NCBI GenBank assembly: GCA_963457605.1
Contig: OY735138.1
Length of the DNA: 64,000 nucleotides
Strand: one strand, 5' to 3'
Origin: an uncultured Gellertiella sp.
GTDB taxonomy: Bacteria; Pseudomonadota; Alphaproteobacteria; Rhizobiales; Rhizobiaceae
Notes under the pieces: generated by a model
The model's input: only the letters and a program-made list of their open reading frames with translations
The model's database searches: none
What the model was told of the DNA's origin: nothing
Shown here: positions 9,088 through 17,145 of the stretch, piece after piece
How the letters are laid out: each line of letters opens with the position of its first letter
How positions within the stretch are numbered: position 1 is the stretch's first letter
Program-made: the position numbers and the translations under genes

Positions 9088-10500
9088 TCAGCACTTCTGC
9101 CGCCCGGACGCAACCGCAGTATCGCCTGTCACCAGACTGCGGCCGGGATCGGCCAGCCAGGCGTGAAGACTGGCTGCCGCCGCATAGGTTTGCCGGACGA
9201 TCTGCGGGACAAGATCGATGTCGGGCAGGCTGCCAAGACCCAGCGGTCCCATGGCATGGATTCCCCCGAAGCCATTGGCCGCAGTCCGCGCCCGGCCGCT
9301 GTTGTCGACATAGATGCCGAGATGCAATTCGTCCCGGACAACCAGCCCCGACTTGAAGAGGGAGCGATACAGCGTCGATTCGAGGTCCGCCGGGCGAAAC
9401 CGGCAATCCAGTGTCCGCTCGCTATGGAGGATCTCGAGACCCTGGGGGGTGGCCAGCAACACGCCGTTTCGGGCAATGCGCTCGACTTTCCCTTTCCGCA
9501 CGCGGATGCTGCCCTCGGCAATCGCCCGGTTCAGGCGTTGATGGTGATCCGGCGGCAGGCGGTTGCGATGGCTGTCATAGACGCCCTTCACATGCCGCTT
9601 GAACCGGCTGCGCTCCTGCGGCGTCAGGCCTTGCCACACCTCCTGTGCACGCAGGCGAAAACCGTTCATGATGCCTTGCCATCCGGACCCTTCCGCCTCG
9701 GCATTCTCCGCCGCTTCCCGCAGGAACCGGAAAGCACCACGCAGCGTCTTTGGCAGCGGCTTGTCCGAAAGCACGGGGCCGACGGCGGCGTTCGTATGGG
9801 TTTGTGGCAGGTAGCCCGAGGCGGAAATCAGCGTGACATGGCGTGCAAGGCCCGTCTCCAGCAGCCACAAGGCCCTGTCGGCAGCGTAAAGTCCGCCGCC
9901 GACCACCACGGCATCGCCCACCGGATGCCCGGCGGCAAGCCGGTCGTCCAGGCTGCGCAACCCATAACCGGTCGCCAGGAAGATGGCATCGAAAAATTTT
10001 TGGAAATGCGTGCCATAGAAGAGGTTCAGGCCACCTTCCGTGCGCTGCTCGATGGCCGTCACGGTTTCAGGACAAATCTGGATGACAGCATCTGCCCGCC
10101 GGGTCAGGGCTTCGGAAAACCGCTGATAGACATAGGCGCTGAACGTTTCCCCCGACACGAACCGGTGGTCGATGCTGGTGACCTGAGAGCCATCCTGCAT
10201 ATCCTGCAATTTTTTTCTTTCCAGCCACAGCCTGAAATCATCCCGGACATCCGGATCAATCGAAATGTCCCGCACGCGGCTGTTGAGGACTGTTGATCCC
10301 GTCCCGGTCAGGTGTTCACCGCCGTCAATCCTCGGCTGCGGATCGAAAATCACCAGATGGAAAGGTTGGTGATAGCCCTTGAGCAGGGCAATGGCTGTCA
10401 TCAGGCCGGTGAAACCGCGACCGACGATCGCAAGTTTGACGAGTGGACCGGAATTGACCTTGCCTGGCATGTCAAGTGAATGGGCGGTGACGAGGGTCAT
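9088..10500 (-). CDS. FAD/NAD(P)-binding protein (YdhS-like), paralogue of 7556..9028
   Basis: C-terminal 470 codons of ORF 9088..11181. Start set at ATG 10500 (MTLVTAH) after AGGAAAGGAA. LAIVGRGFTGLMTAIALL and VVVGGGLYAADRALWL motifs, collinear with the neighbouring paralogue (RSRFKRHVKGVYDSHRNRLPP vs RQRLVRHLRPFWDVHRFRVAP). Confidence 0.7.
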   Translation of the reverse strand: MTLVTAHSLDMPGKVNSGPLVKLAIVGRGFTGLMTAIALLKGYHQPFHLVIFDPQPRIDGGEHLTGTGSTVLNSRVRDISIDPDVRDDFRLWLERKKLQDMQDGSQVTSIDHRFVSGETFSAYVYQRFSEALTRRADAVIQICPETVTAIEQRTEGGLNLFYGTHFQKFFDAIFLATGYGLRSLDDRLAAGHPVGDAVVVGGGLYAADRALWLLETGLARHVTLISASGYLPQTHTNAAVGPVLSDKPLPKTLRGAFRFLREAAENAEAEGSGWQGIMNGFRLRAQEVWQGLTPQERSRFKRHVKGVYDSHRNRLPPDHHQRLNRAIAEGSIRVRKGKVERIARNGVLLATPQGLEILHSERTLDCRFRPADLESTLYRSLFKSGLVVRDELHLGIYVDNSGRARTAANGFGGIHAMGPLGLGSLPDIDLVPQIVRQTYAAAASLHAWLADPGRSLVTGDTAVASGRQKC

Positions 10501-10571
10501 GCATCGTTCCTTTCCTGCGTTGAAGCCGCCAGAGACCTTCACGTGCGGCGAGCCCGCCGCAGCACCCATAT

Positions 10572-10591
10572 ACTCTACAAATCTTATAGAC
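10572..10591. promoter_or_regulatory. candidate operator ACTCTACA-N5-TATAGAC (copy 2)
   Basis: In the divergent intergenic region between 9088..10500(-) and 10874..11578(+). Matches copy 1 at 15 of 20 positions with identical spacing. Confidence 0.35.
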
Positions 10592-10873
10592 ATTGTGCAT
10601 CGATGTTTCAAGACCTCATTTCCGGCGGAGGGAGGCCTGCCGGGGTCCCATTTCCCGAATCGAAAACGTCCGAAAACGATCTCCCGTGCCGGGACCAAAG
10701 GCCGGATGGCCCGGCAGAAATCCGCCGGCGACAACAAGCGCGGCAGGACGGATCGGCCGCCGCCGGATCGGTGCAACACAGCCACTTGGATCGCCGGGGG
10801 TCGGAATGGTAGACTGGAACGGGACCTCCTCAGGAGGTCTCTATCCCGTCCAAGGTCAAGCAAGGAATACCCG

Positions 10874-11578
10874 ATGACTTCAGAGAAAGTGGCGATTGTA
10901 ACGGCTGGTGGCAGCGGCATGGGGGCGGCGGCGGCCCGGCGTCTGGCGGAAGACGGTTTCCGGGTGGCGGTGCTGTCCTCCTCCGGCAAGGGCGAGGCGC
11001 TGGCCCGGGACCTCGGCGGGCTCGGGGTCACCGGCTCCAACCAGTCGGTCGATGATCTCCGGCGGCTGGTCGACCAGACCATGGCGAAGTGGGGCCGGAT
11101 CGACGTGCTGGTCAACAGCGCCGGCCATGGCCCGCGCGCGCCGCTGCTCGAGATCACCGACGAGCAATGGCTGACCGGCATGAATGTCTATCTGATGAAT
11201 GTCATCCGCACCGTCAGGCTGGTCGGCCCGGTGATGCAGGCGCAGAAATCCGGCTCGATCATCAATATCTCGACCGCCTGGGTCGGCGAGCCCTCGGCGA
11301 TGTTCCCGACCTCGGCGGTGTTCCGGGCGGGTCTTGCCACCTATACCAAGCTGTTTGCCGATGAATATGCGCCGCATAATGTGCGAATGAACAATGTGCT
11401 GCCCGGCTGGATCGACAGTCTTCCGGCGACCGAAGAGCGCCGCCAGATGGTGCCGATGGGCCGCTATGGCACCAGCGCGGAGATTGCCGCCACCATCTCC
11501 TTCCTCGCATCCGAAGGCGCGGGCTACATCACCGGCCAGAGCCTGAAGGTCGATGGCGGGCTGATGCGCTCGGTCTGA
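10874..11578 (+). CDS. SDR family oxidoreductase
   Basis: Tail of ORF 10379..11578, start at ATG 10874 (MTSEKVAIV). TAGGSGMG cofactor motif, NSAG, and a C-terminal GQSLKVDGG typical of classical short-chain dehydrogenases. Confidence 0.8.
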   Translation: MTSEKVAIVTAGGSGMGAAAARRLAEDGFRVAVLSSSGKGEALARDLGGLGVTGSNQSVDDLRRLVDQTMAKWGRIDVLVNSAGHGPRAPLLEITDEQWLTGMNVYLMNVIRTVRLVGPVMQAQKSGSIINISTAWVGEPSAMFPTSAVFRAGLATYTKLFADEYAPHNVRMNNVLPGWIDSLPATEERRQMVPMGRYGTSAEIAATISFLASEGAGYITGQSLKVDGGLMRSV

Positions 11579-11587
11579 TCTTGCCGC

Positions 11588-12067
11588 TCAGCGGATGAGG
11601 AGCGCCGTGCCCCAGAGGCCGATGGCAAACACCGTGTGCGCGATGAGGTTCATCGCGCGCACCTTGCCGGGATTGGGCAGCCGGTGCGCCGCCCAGCCGA
11701 TGCCAAGCCCCGGCTGCAGCAGGAACCAGCCGGCACCGACCGTCAGGATGCCGAGGATCCAGGCCGGAATGAAGGTCGGATCGGTAAACCACTCGTGCCC
11801 GGCGATGAGCGCCAGAATGACGCCGTAGAGAATGCCGACCGCATAATGGCCGGTCCAGCCGATGGCCAGTTCGCGCGCATGCGGTTCGGCGAGCGCGATA
11901 TCCTCGTGAAACACCGTGCCGCGCGACAGATGCCAGAACCAGCGCCCGACGGGGGCCCAGTTCGCGGTGGGCTGGGAAAACACCAGTGTCAGCAGCAGCG
12001 CCCAGAGATCCATCAGGACCGTCGCGCCGACCCCGATCACCACGCCACGCCCCATCAGTTCCACCAT
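11588..12067 (-). CDS. DUF2938-type integral membrane protein
   Basis: 159-aa ORF with four or more hydrophobic segments. Sequence (DLWALLL, GRWFWHL..G.F.H, GWTGHYAVGILYG) resembles the DUF2938 family. Confidence 0.6.
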   Translation of the reverse strand: MVELMGRGVVIGVGATVLMDLWALLLTLVFSQPTANWAPVGRWFWHLSRGTVFHEDIALAEPHARELAIGWTGHYAVGILYGVILALIAGHEWFTDPTFIPAWILGILTVGAGWFLLQPGLGIGWAAHRLPNPGKVRAMNLIAHTVFAIGLWGTALLIR

Positions 12068-12153
12068 CCCTGCTTCCGATCCTGCCCGAGTGTTGCGAAT
12101 CGAAAATAGATATCAGCGCGAAGGGCTTGGCAAGCCTGCCTGCACCGGCCACC

Positions 12154-12190
12154 AGAGTCTGTCTGGTTCAATATGAACCTGACAGACTCT
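12154..12190. repeat. REP-like palindromic hairpin element, copy A
   Basis: AGAGTCTGTCTGGTTCA-ata-TGAACCTGACAGACTCT, a 17-bp stem with one mismatch. Between the ABC-F 3' end and the DUF2938 5' end. Same family as 35332, 36011, 45424 and 51660. Confidence 0.85.
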
Positions 12191-12276
12191 AGGCCCCGGC
12201 GCGCCGGTTTCGCCGACGCGCTGCCATCCTCACAGCATGGAATTCATTTCAGCAAAACCGAATATTGTCGCCGCAC

Positions 12277-13899
12277 TCAGCTGCGCAGGCCCGGTGCCTC
12301 GTGGCCGCTGCGGGCGACATATTCGGTATAGCCGCCGTCATAGCGGTGGATGCCGTCGGGTGTCAGTTCCAGCACCCGGTTCGAGAGTTCGGCGAGAAAA
12401 TGCCGGTCATGCGAGACGAACAGCATGGTGCCCTCGTAATCGGAAAGCGCCTTGATCAGCATTTCCTTGGTGTCGAGGTCGAGATGGTTGGTGGGCTCGT
12501 CGAGAACCAGGAAATTCGGCGGGTCGAACAGCATGATCGCCATCACGAGGCGGGCCTTTTCGCCGCCCGACAGCACCCGGCAGCGCTTTTCCACGTCATC
12601 GCCGGAAAAGCCGAAACATCCGGCAAGGGCCCGCAACGACCCCTGGCCTGCCTGCGGGAACTGGTGTTCGAGCTGCTGGAAGACCGTAAGCTCGCCATCG
12701 AGCAGGTCCATCGCATGCTGGGCGAAATAGCCGAGCTTGACGGATGCGCCGAGCGACACGGTGCCCCGGTCCGGTTCGGTGGTTCCCGTCACCAGCTTCA
12801 GCAGCGTCGACTTGCCCGCCCCGTTGATGCCCATGATGCACCAGCGCTCGCGCCGCTTGATCATGAAATCGAAGCCGTCATAGATCGAACGGCTGCCATA
12901 GGCCTTGGCGACATCCTTCAGGCTGACCACATCGTCCCCGGAGCGCGGCGCGGGCTGGAACTCGAAGGCCACCGACTGGCGGCGCTTCGGCGGCTCGACC
13001 CGGTCGATCTTCTCAAGCTTCTTCACCCGGCTCTGCACCTGCGAGGCATGCGAGGCACGGGCCTTGAAGCGTTCGATGAACTTGATTTCCTTGGCGAGCA
13101 TCGCCTGCTGGCGCTCGAACTGCGCCTGCTGCTGCTTCTCGTTCAGCAGCCGCTGCTCCTCGTAGAATTCGTAATTGCCGGAATAGCTGTTCAGCGACCC
13201 CGCATCGATCTCGATGATCTTGTTGACGATGCGGTTCATGAATTCGCGGTCATGCGAGGTCATCAGCAGCGCGCCCTCAAACCCCTTCAGGAAATCTTCG
13301 AGCCAGATCAGGCTTTCGAGATCGAGGTGGTTGGAGGGTTCGTCGAGCAGCATCACGTCGGGGCGCATCAACAGGATGCGGGCGAGTGCCACCCGCATCT
13401 TCCAGCCGCCGGAGAGCTTGCCGACATCGCCATCCATCATCTCCTGGGTGAAGGAGAGACCGGCCAGCACTTCGCGCGCCTTGCCGTCGAGCGAATAGCC
13501 GTCAAGCTCCTCGAAGCGGGCCTGCACCTCTCCATAGCGCTCGATGATCTCGTCCATGTTGTCGAGTTCGGCGGGATCGACCATGCGGGCCTCGAGCGCC
13601 TGCAATTCGGCGGCAACGGTGCTGACCGGGCCTGCCCCGTCCATCACCTCGGCAACCGCGCTGCGGCCTTCCATCTCGCCGACATCCTGGTTGAAATAGC
13701 CGATGGTCACACCCTTCTCGACCGCGACCTGGCCTTCGTCCGGCTCTTCCTGGCCGGTGACCATGCGGAAGATCGTCGTCTTGCCCGCGCCATTCGGGCC
13801 GACAAGGCCGATCTTCTCGCCCTTGTTCAGCGCCGCCGAGGCCTCGATGAACAGGATGCGGTGGCTGAGCTGCTTGCTGATGTTTTCAAGGCGTATCAT
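12277..13899 (-). CDS. ABC-F family ATPase (two ABC domains, no membrane domain)
   Basis: 540 aa. Two Walker A motifs (GPNGAGKTT, GINGAGKST), two signatures (LSGGWKMRVALA, LSGGEKARLVMA) and an inter-domain charged linker (QRLLNEKQQQAQFERQQAML). Confidence 0.9.
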   Translation of the reverse strand: MIRLENISKQLSHRILFIEASAALNKGEKIGLVGPNGAGKTTIFRMVTGQEEPDEGQVAVEKGVTIGYFNQDVGEMEGRSAVAEVMDGAGPVSTVAAELQALEARMVDPAELDNMDEIIERYGEVQARFEELDGYSLDGKAREVLAGLSFTQEMMDGDVGKLSGGWKMRVALARILLMRPDVMLLDEPSNHLDLESLIWLEDFLKGFEGALLMTSHDREFMNRIVNKIIEIDAGSLNSYSGNYEFYEEQRLLNEKQQQAQFERQQAMLAKEIKFIERFKARASHASQVQSRVKKLEKIDRVEPPKRRQSVAFEFQPAPRSGDDVVSLKDVAKAYGSRSIYDGFDFMIKRRERWCIMGINGAGKSTLLKLVTGTTEPDRGTVSLGASVKLGYFAQHAMDLLDGELTVFQQLEHQFPQAGQGSLRALAGCFGFSGDDVEKRCRVLSGGEKARLVMAIMLFDPPNFLVLDEPTNHLDLDTKEMLIKALSDYEGTMLFVSHDRHFLAELSNRVLELTPDGIHRYDGGYTEYVARSGHEAPGLRS

Positions 13900-13920
13900 G
13901 GGCGGTCACGGTCCAATCGG

Positions 13921-13945
13921 AAAAAGGCGCGGCAAAGGCCGCGCC
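13921..13945 (-). terminator. rho-independent terminator downstream of the chitosanase gene
   Basis: On the minus strand GGCGCGGC-CTTT-GCCGCGCC is followed by TTTTT: a perfect 8-bp GC stem, 4-nt loop and T-tract. Confidence 0.7.
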
Positions 13946-14069
13946 CGAGCTTCGCCCTGTCGCAATTTTTGCCCCCCGGCGTCAAGCACGGACAGCCCGG
14001 CATGCCGGAATTGCGGGATTTGTCCCTTCTGCCGAAACGGCCGGCAGGCGGAAGCTCACCGCATGGGCC

Positions 14070-15014
14070 TTACAGCGCGTGGCTGGAGCCGAAGACGGTG
14101 AGGGTGATCTTTTTGTCGAGGTTGAAGTTGCCGCTGTCGTAGAGTTTCAGCATCGCGTCGGCGCGGCCGACCGATTCCTTCCACTCGCTGGCGGTTTCCC
14201 TGTTGGCGGGAGACAGGAGGTCGGCGCGGCGCTCCTCGAGGAAGGCCTTCAGCCATTCCTTCTCGTCCGCCCCGTCGCCGGGCTTGCCGCCGGCCTTCTC
14301 GCTTGCCCGCCGGGCAATCGAGGTGACGGAATCTTCGTCGTCGCCATAGCCATGCTGAATGCCCGCCTCGTAAAGCGCGGCCCTGGTCAGGGGCAGGGTG
14401 GCCCCAAGCTCCCCGGCGAGCTCGCGGGCCGGCTGGCGATAGAGCCTGTCATTCACCCGGTCTTCGGCGGCCCTCAGGCCCGGCTCCCTTGCCGCCTCTT
14501 CGAAGGCTGCGGGGAAATCCTCAAGGCCCGCGACCGAATCCGTGCCATTCACCTCGCGCAGCGCAGGCAGGAATTTTTCAAGCGCATTGCCCGGCTCTGC
14601 CTGGGCATAGGCCTCGACCACCTGCAGCAGATCGCCGGTGCCCGAGGTGAAACCGGCCCGCCCGGCCGTAAAGCCACGGCCATCATCGAGATTTTCGATA
14701 TAGCCATACTGGATGTCGCTGGTGTCATTTTCAAAAACGCTGACCAGCTTGTCTTCGACCTCGGTCTGCCGGTCCCCGGAAATGGCGGGTTGCGCGGTGT
14801 CGGCTGCGGGATTTTCAGTCTCCTCGCTTTGGCCGCTCGCAGCAGCCTTGTCCCCGGCAGGCTCGCCATCCTGATCCTCGTCCTGGATCAGCACCTGACC
14901 GCTTTCGCTGTCGTCTTCGGCATGGGCGAAACCTGTGACCTCAGGCGTGAAAAGGCCGAGCGTGGCGAGCAGGGCGGCGAGCAGCGGGGCTTTTCGCAGG
15001 GAAGAGCGTATCAT
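14070..15014 (-). CDS. secreted GH46 chitosanase
   Basis: Tail of ORF 14070..15131, start at ATG 15014 (MIRSSLRKAPLLAALLATLGLF signal peptide). After an acidic linker, strong resemblance to family-46 chitosanases (VSVFEN, QYGYIENLDDGRGFTAGRAGFTSGTGDLLQVV, PGNALEKFLPAL..VNGTDS, LYEAGIQHG). Confidence 0.85.
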   Translation of the reverse strand: MIRSSLRKAPLLAALLATLGLFTPEVTGFAHAEDDSESGQVLIQDEDQDGEPAGDKAAASGQSEETENPAADTAQPAISGDRQTEVEDKLVSVFENDTSDIQYGYIENLDDGRGFTAGRAGFTSGTGDLLQVVEAYAQAEPGNALEKFLPALREVNGTDSVAGLEDFPAAFEEAAREPGLRAAEDRVNDRLYRQPARELAGELGATLPLTRAALYEAGIQHGYGDDEDSVTSIARRASEKAGGKPGDGADEKEWLKAFLEERRADLLSPANRETASEWKESVGRADAMLKLYDSGNFNLDKKITLTVFGSSHAL

Positions 15015-15060
15015 GGTCGAAGTCCTTGGAACAGGTGTATCAGGGGATGGGAAAGGGCAT

Positions 15061-15129
15061 ACGGGGGACCCATGTGCGGGCACACGGGGGACCCATGTGC
15101 GGGCACACGGGGGACCCATGTGCGGGATC
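15061..15129. repeat. 3 x 23-bp perfect/near-perfect tandem repeat (ACGGGGGACCCATGTGCGGGCAC)
   Basis: Read directly. Units start at 15061, 15084 and 15107, and the third diverges at its end. Fills the spacer between the SIS gene stop (15128) and the chitosanase start (15014). Confidence 0.9.
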
Positions 15130-16153
15130 ACAGGGTTTCGGTCACCTTGCGCAATGATTTCGGCTGGTCGGGATTGCGGCCAAGGCGGTGCGACAGCTTT
15201 TCGATCATCAGGTAGAGGCCGACGATCTGGCAGAGCGACGCGGTGAAGGGCGAGCCGGTGGCGACGGAGGCAAGATCATCCGCCGGGTCCGGCGACATCA
15301 GGCAGACGGTTGCGCCCTGGGCGCGCAGGGCGGCAGCGGTGTCCAGCACGCCTGCCCGGGATTGCCCGTCCTGGATCAGGCCGATGGCGGTGAAGCGGCT
15401 GTCGACCATCTCGATCGGGCCATGCCTAAGCTCGGCGGAGGAATAGGCCTCGGCCTGCAGGCCACAGGTTTCCTTCAGCTTCAGCGCCGATTCATGGGCA
15501 ATGGCGAGCCCCACGCCCCGGCCAAACAGCAGGATGGGGCCACGGGTTTCAAGCGCCGGGAGAACCGCGTCCAGGCTGATGTTCAGCGCCTGTTCCAGAT
15601 GCGCCGGCAAGGCGGCGAGCGCCTCCTTCAACGGCGGGTTGCCGCTCCATTCGGCGACCAGCGCCAGGCCCGCGACCGCCGTCGCCACGAAGGATTTGGT
15701 GGCGGCGACACTGAGCTCCGGCCCGGCCTCAAGCCCGATGACATCCGCCGACAACTCCGCAAGCGGCGCGCCAGTCTGGTTGGTCAGCACCGCCAGCGGG
15801 GCGCCGGCGGCGGCGTAGTGGCCCGCCAGCGCCAGGAGATCGGGGCTCTTTCCCGATTGCGACATGGCCACGCAGGCCCCGCCCCGGGTCGAGAGCGGCC
15901 TGTCATAGACCGAGATCACCGACGGCCCGACCGAGGCGACCGGCAGGCCGAGAATGAGTTCGCAGGCATATTTGAACAGGGTCGCGGCATGATCGGAGGA
16001 GCCGCGCGCCACGGTGACGAGATGGGTCGGATCTGCCCGGCGCAGCATGGCGGCGGTGGACAGGATGGCGTCCCGCTGCCGGGACAGCAGGCGGGTCACC
16101 ACGGCGGGGATTTCGTGGATTTCGCGGTACATGTGGGTCGTGGTGGGGGTCAT
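15128..16153 (-). CDS. SIS-domain sugar-phosphate isomerase/deaminase (NagB-II / GlmS C-terminal-like; predicted glucosamine-6-P deaminase)
   Basis: 341 aa, two SIS repeats (ARGSSDHAATLFKYACE, MSQSGKSPDL, LAIAHESALKLKETCGLQAEAYSSAELRHGP). Context is chitosanase and a sugar kinase. Confidence 0.75.
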   Translation of the reverse strand: MTPTTTHMYREIHEIPAVVTRLLSRQRDAILSTAAMLRRADPTHLVTVARGSSDHAATLFKYACELILGLPVASVGPSVISVYDRPLSTRGGACVAMSQSGKSPDLLALAGHYAAAGAPLAVLTNQTGAPLAELSADVIGLEAGPELSVAATKSFVATAVAGLALVAEWSGNPPLKEALAALPAHLEQALNISLDAVLPALETRGPILLFGRGVGLAIAHESALKLKETCGLQAEAYSSAELRHGPIEMVDSRFTAIGLIQDGQSRAGVLDTAAALRAQGATVCLMSPDPADDLASVATGSPFTASLCQIVGLYLMIEKLSHRLGRNPDQPKSLRKVTETL

Positions 16154-17145
16154 GAAGGATCTGCCGTCCTGAGTTCAAGGGTAGAGGCGTAGGCAGCACA
16201 GCCGAAAAGCGCGGCCGTGCTGTCGGTGATGATATGCAGGGGAAAACTTTCCAGCAGGGTGGTCTGCCGTCCCTTGAAGGTGAACATCCGGCGGAAGCGC
16301 GGGGTATGCAGCAGAGGCAACAGTGCCTGCGTCACGCTGCCGGCGAAATAGATGCCGCCGAAGGGCAGGAAGGCCAGCGCCAGATCGCCGGCCATCCGGG
16401 CGGCAAAGCGCACCAGCATCTCGCAGGCGAGTTCCGCCGCCGGATCGGTCCGGGCCATGCCGCGCCGGGTGATCTCGGCACCGGACAGTGTCTGCCCGGG
16501 CTGGCCGATATGCTTGCAGGCCCAGGCATGGACCTCGACCAGTCCGAGGCCGGACAGGGCCCGTTCGACCGAGGCGCGTCCACGCCCCCGCGCCAGGAAA
16601 TCGCGCAGCGACAATTCCTGCGCCGTCTCGACCGGCAGCGTCATGTGGCCGCATTCGGCCACCCGCGCCACCGGTGCACCGGTGCCGGAGGACAGCGATC
16701 CCTCCAGCACGGCGGCGTTGAAGCCGGTGCCGATGCCGATCACCAGCCGCCCGCCGCTGCGGTTCATCGCACCGTCCGGCCTGCCGATCTCCTCGACGCC
16801 GCCGGCTGGCAGCCGGTCGAGCGACCAGGCGAGCGCTTCGAGGTCGTTGAGGAAAACCGTATGATGCCCCCCGGTCCGGTCCGCCACGGCTTGCCGGGTA
16901 ACGATCCAGCTATGGTTGGTCAGTGCCACGCTGTCATCGGTGATCGGCGCGGCAAAGGCCAGCACGCTGGAGGCAACGGTCTTCACCCCGACCGCGTCCA
17001 GATAGGAGGCGATGGCTGTTTCATAGCTGTCATATTCGCCATTGCGGAACTGCCGGACACTGGAAAGCTCACCGGTACCGGGATCGGCCAGTGCCAGGCG
17101 GGTGTTGGTGCCGCCGGTATCGCCGACGAGAACGAGACTGCTCAT
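16150..17145 (-). CDS. glucokinase-family sugar kinase (predicted glucosamine kinase)
   Basis: Tail of ORF 16150..17532, start at ATG 17145 overlapping the upstream stop (ATGA). N-terminal LVGDTGGTNTRLAL is the Glk phosphate-1 motif, and IGIGTGFNAA is also present. Confidence 0.75.
   Translation of the reverse strand: MSSLVLVGDTGGTNTRLALADPGTGELSSVRQFRNGEYDSYETAIASYLDAVGVKTVASSVLAFAAPITDDSVALTNHSWIVTRQAVADRTGGHHTVFLNDLEALAWSLDRLPAGGVEEIGRPDGAMNRSGGRLVIGIGTGFNAAVLEGSLSSGTGAPVARVAECGHMTLPVETAQELSLRDFLARGRGRASVERALSGLGLVEVHAWACKHIGQPGQTLSGAEITRRGMARTDPAAELACEMLVRFAARMAGDLALAFLPFGGIYFAGSVTQALLPLLHTPRFRRMFTFKGRQTTLLESFPLHIITDSTAALFGCAAYASTLELRTADPS

Noticed and set aside
12265-14142. 625-aa ORF antisense to the ABC-F gene. 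Similar long antisense or alternate-frame ORFs occur at 1108..2127, 2799..4253, 15188..16192, 17331..19127, 21618..23114, 22844..24697, 28155..29786, 36495..38888, 48002..49774, 53471..54943, 54835..56547, 56649..58769 and 59455..61668.
   Set aside because: Each lies opposite to, or out of frame with, a gene that has strong family motifs. They are extremely rich in R/G/P/A/H/D, lack RBS and family signatures, and are the expected shadow ORFs of GC-rich DNA.
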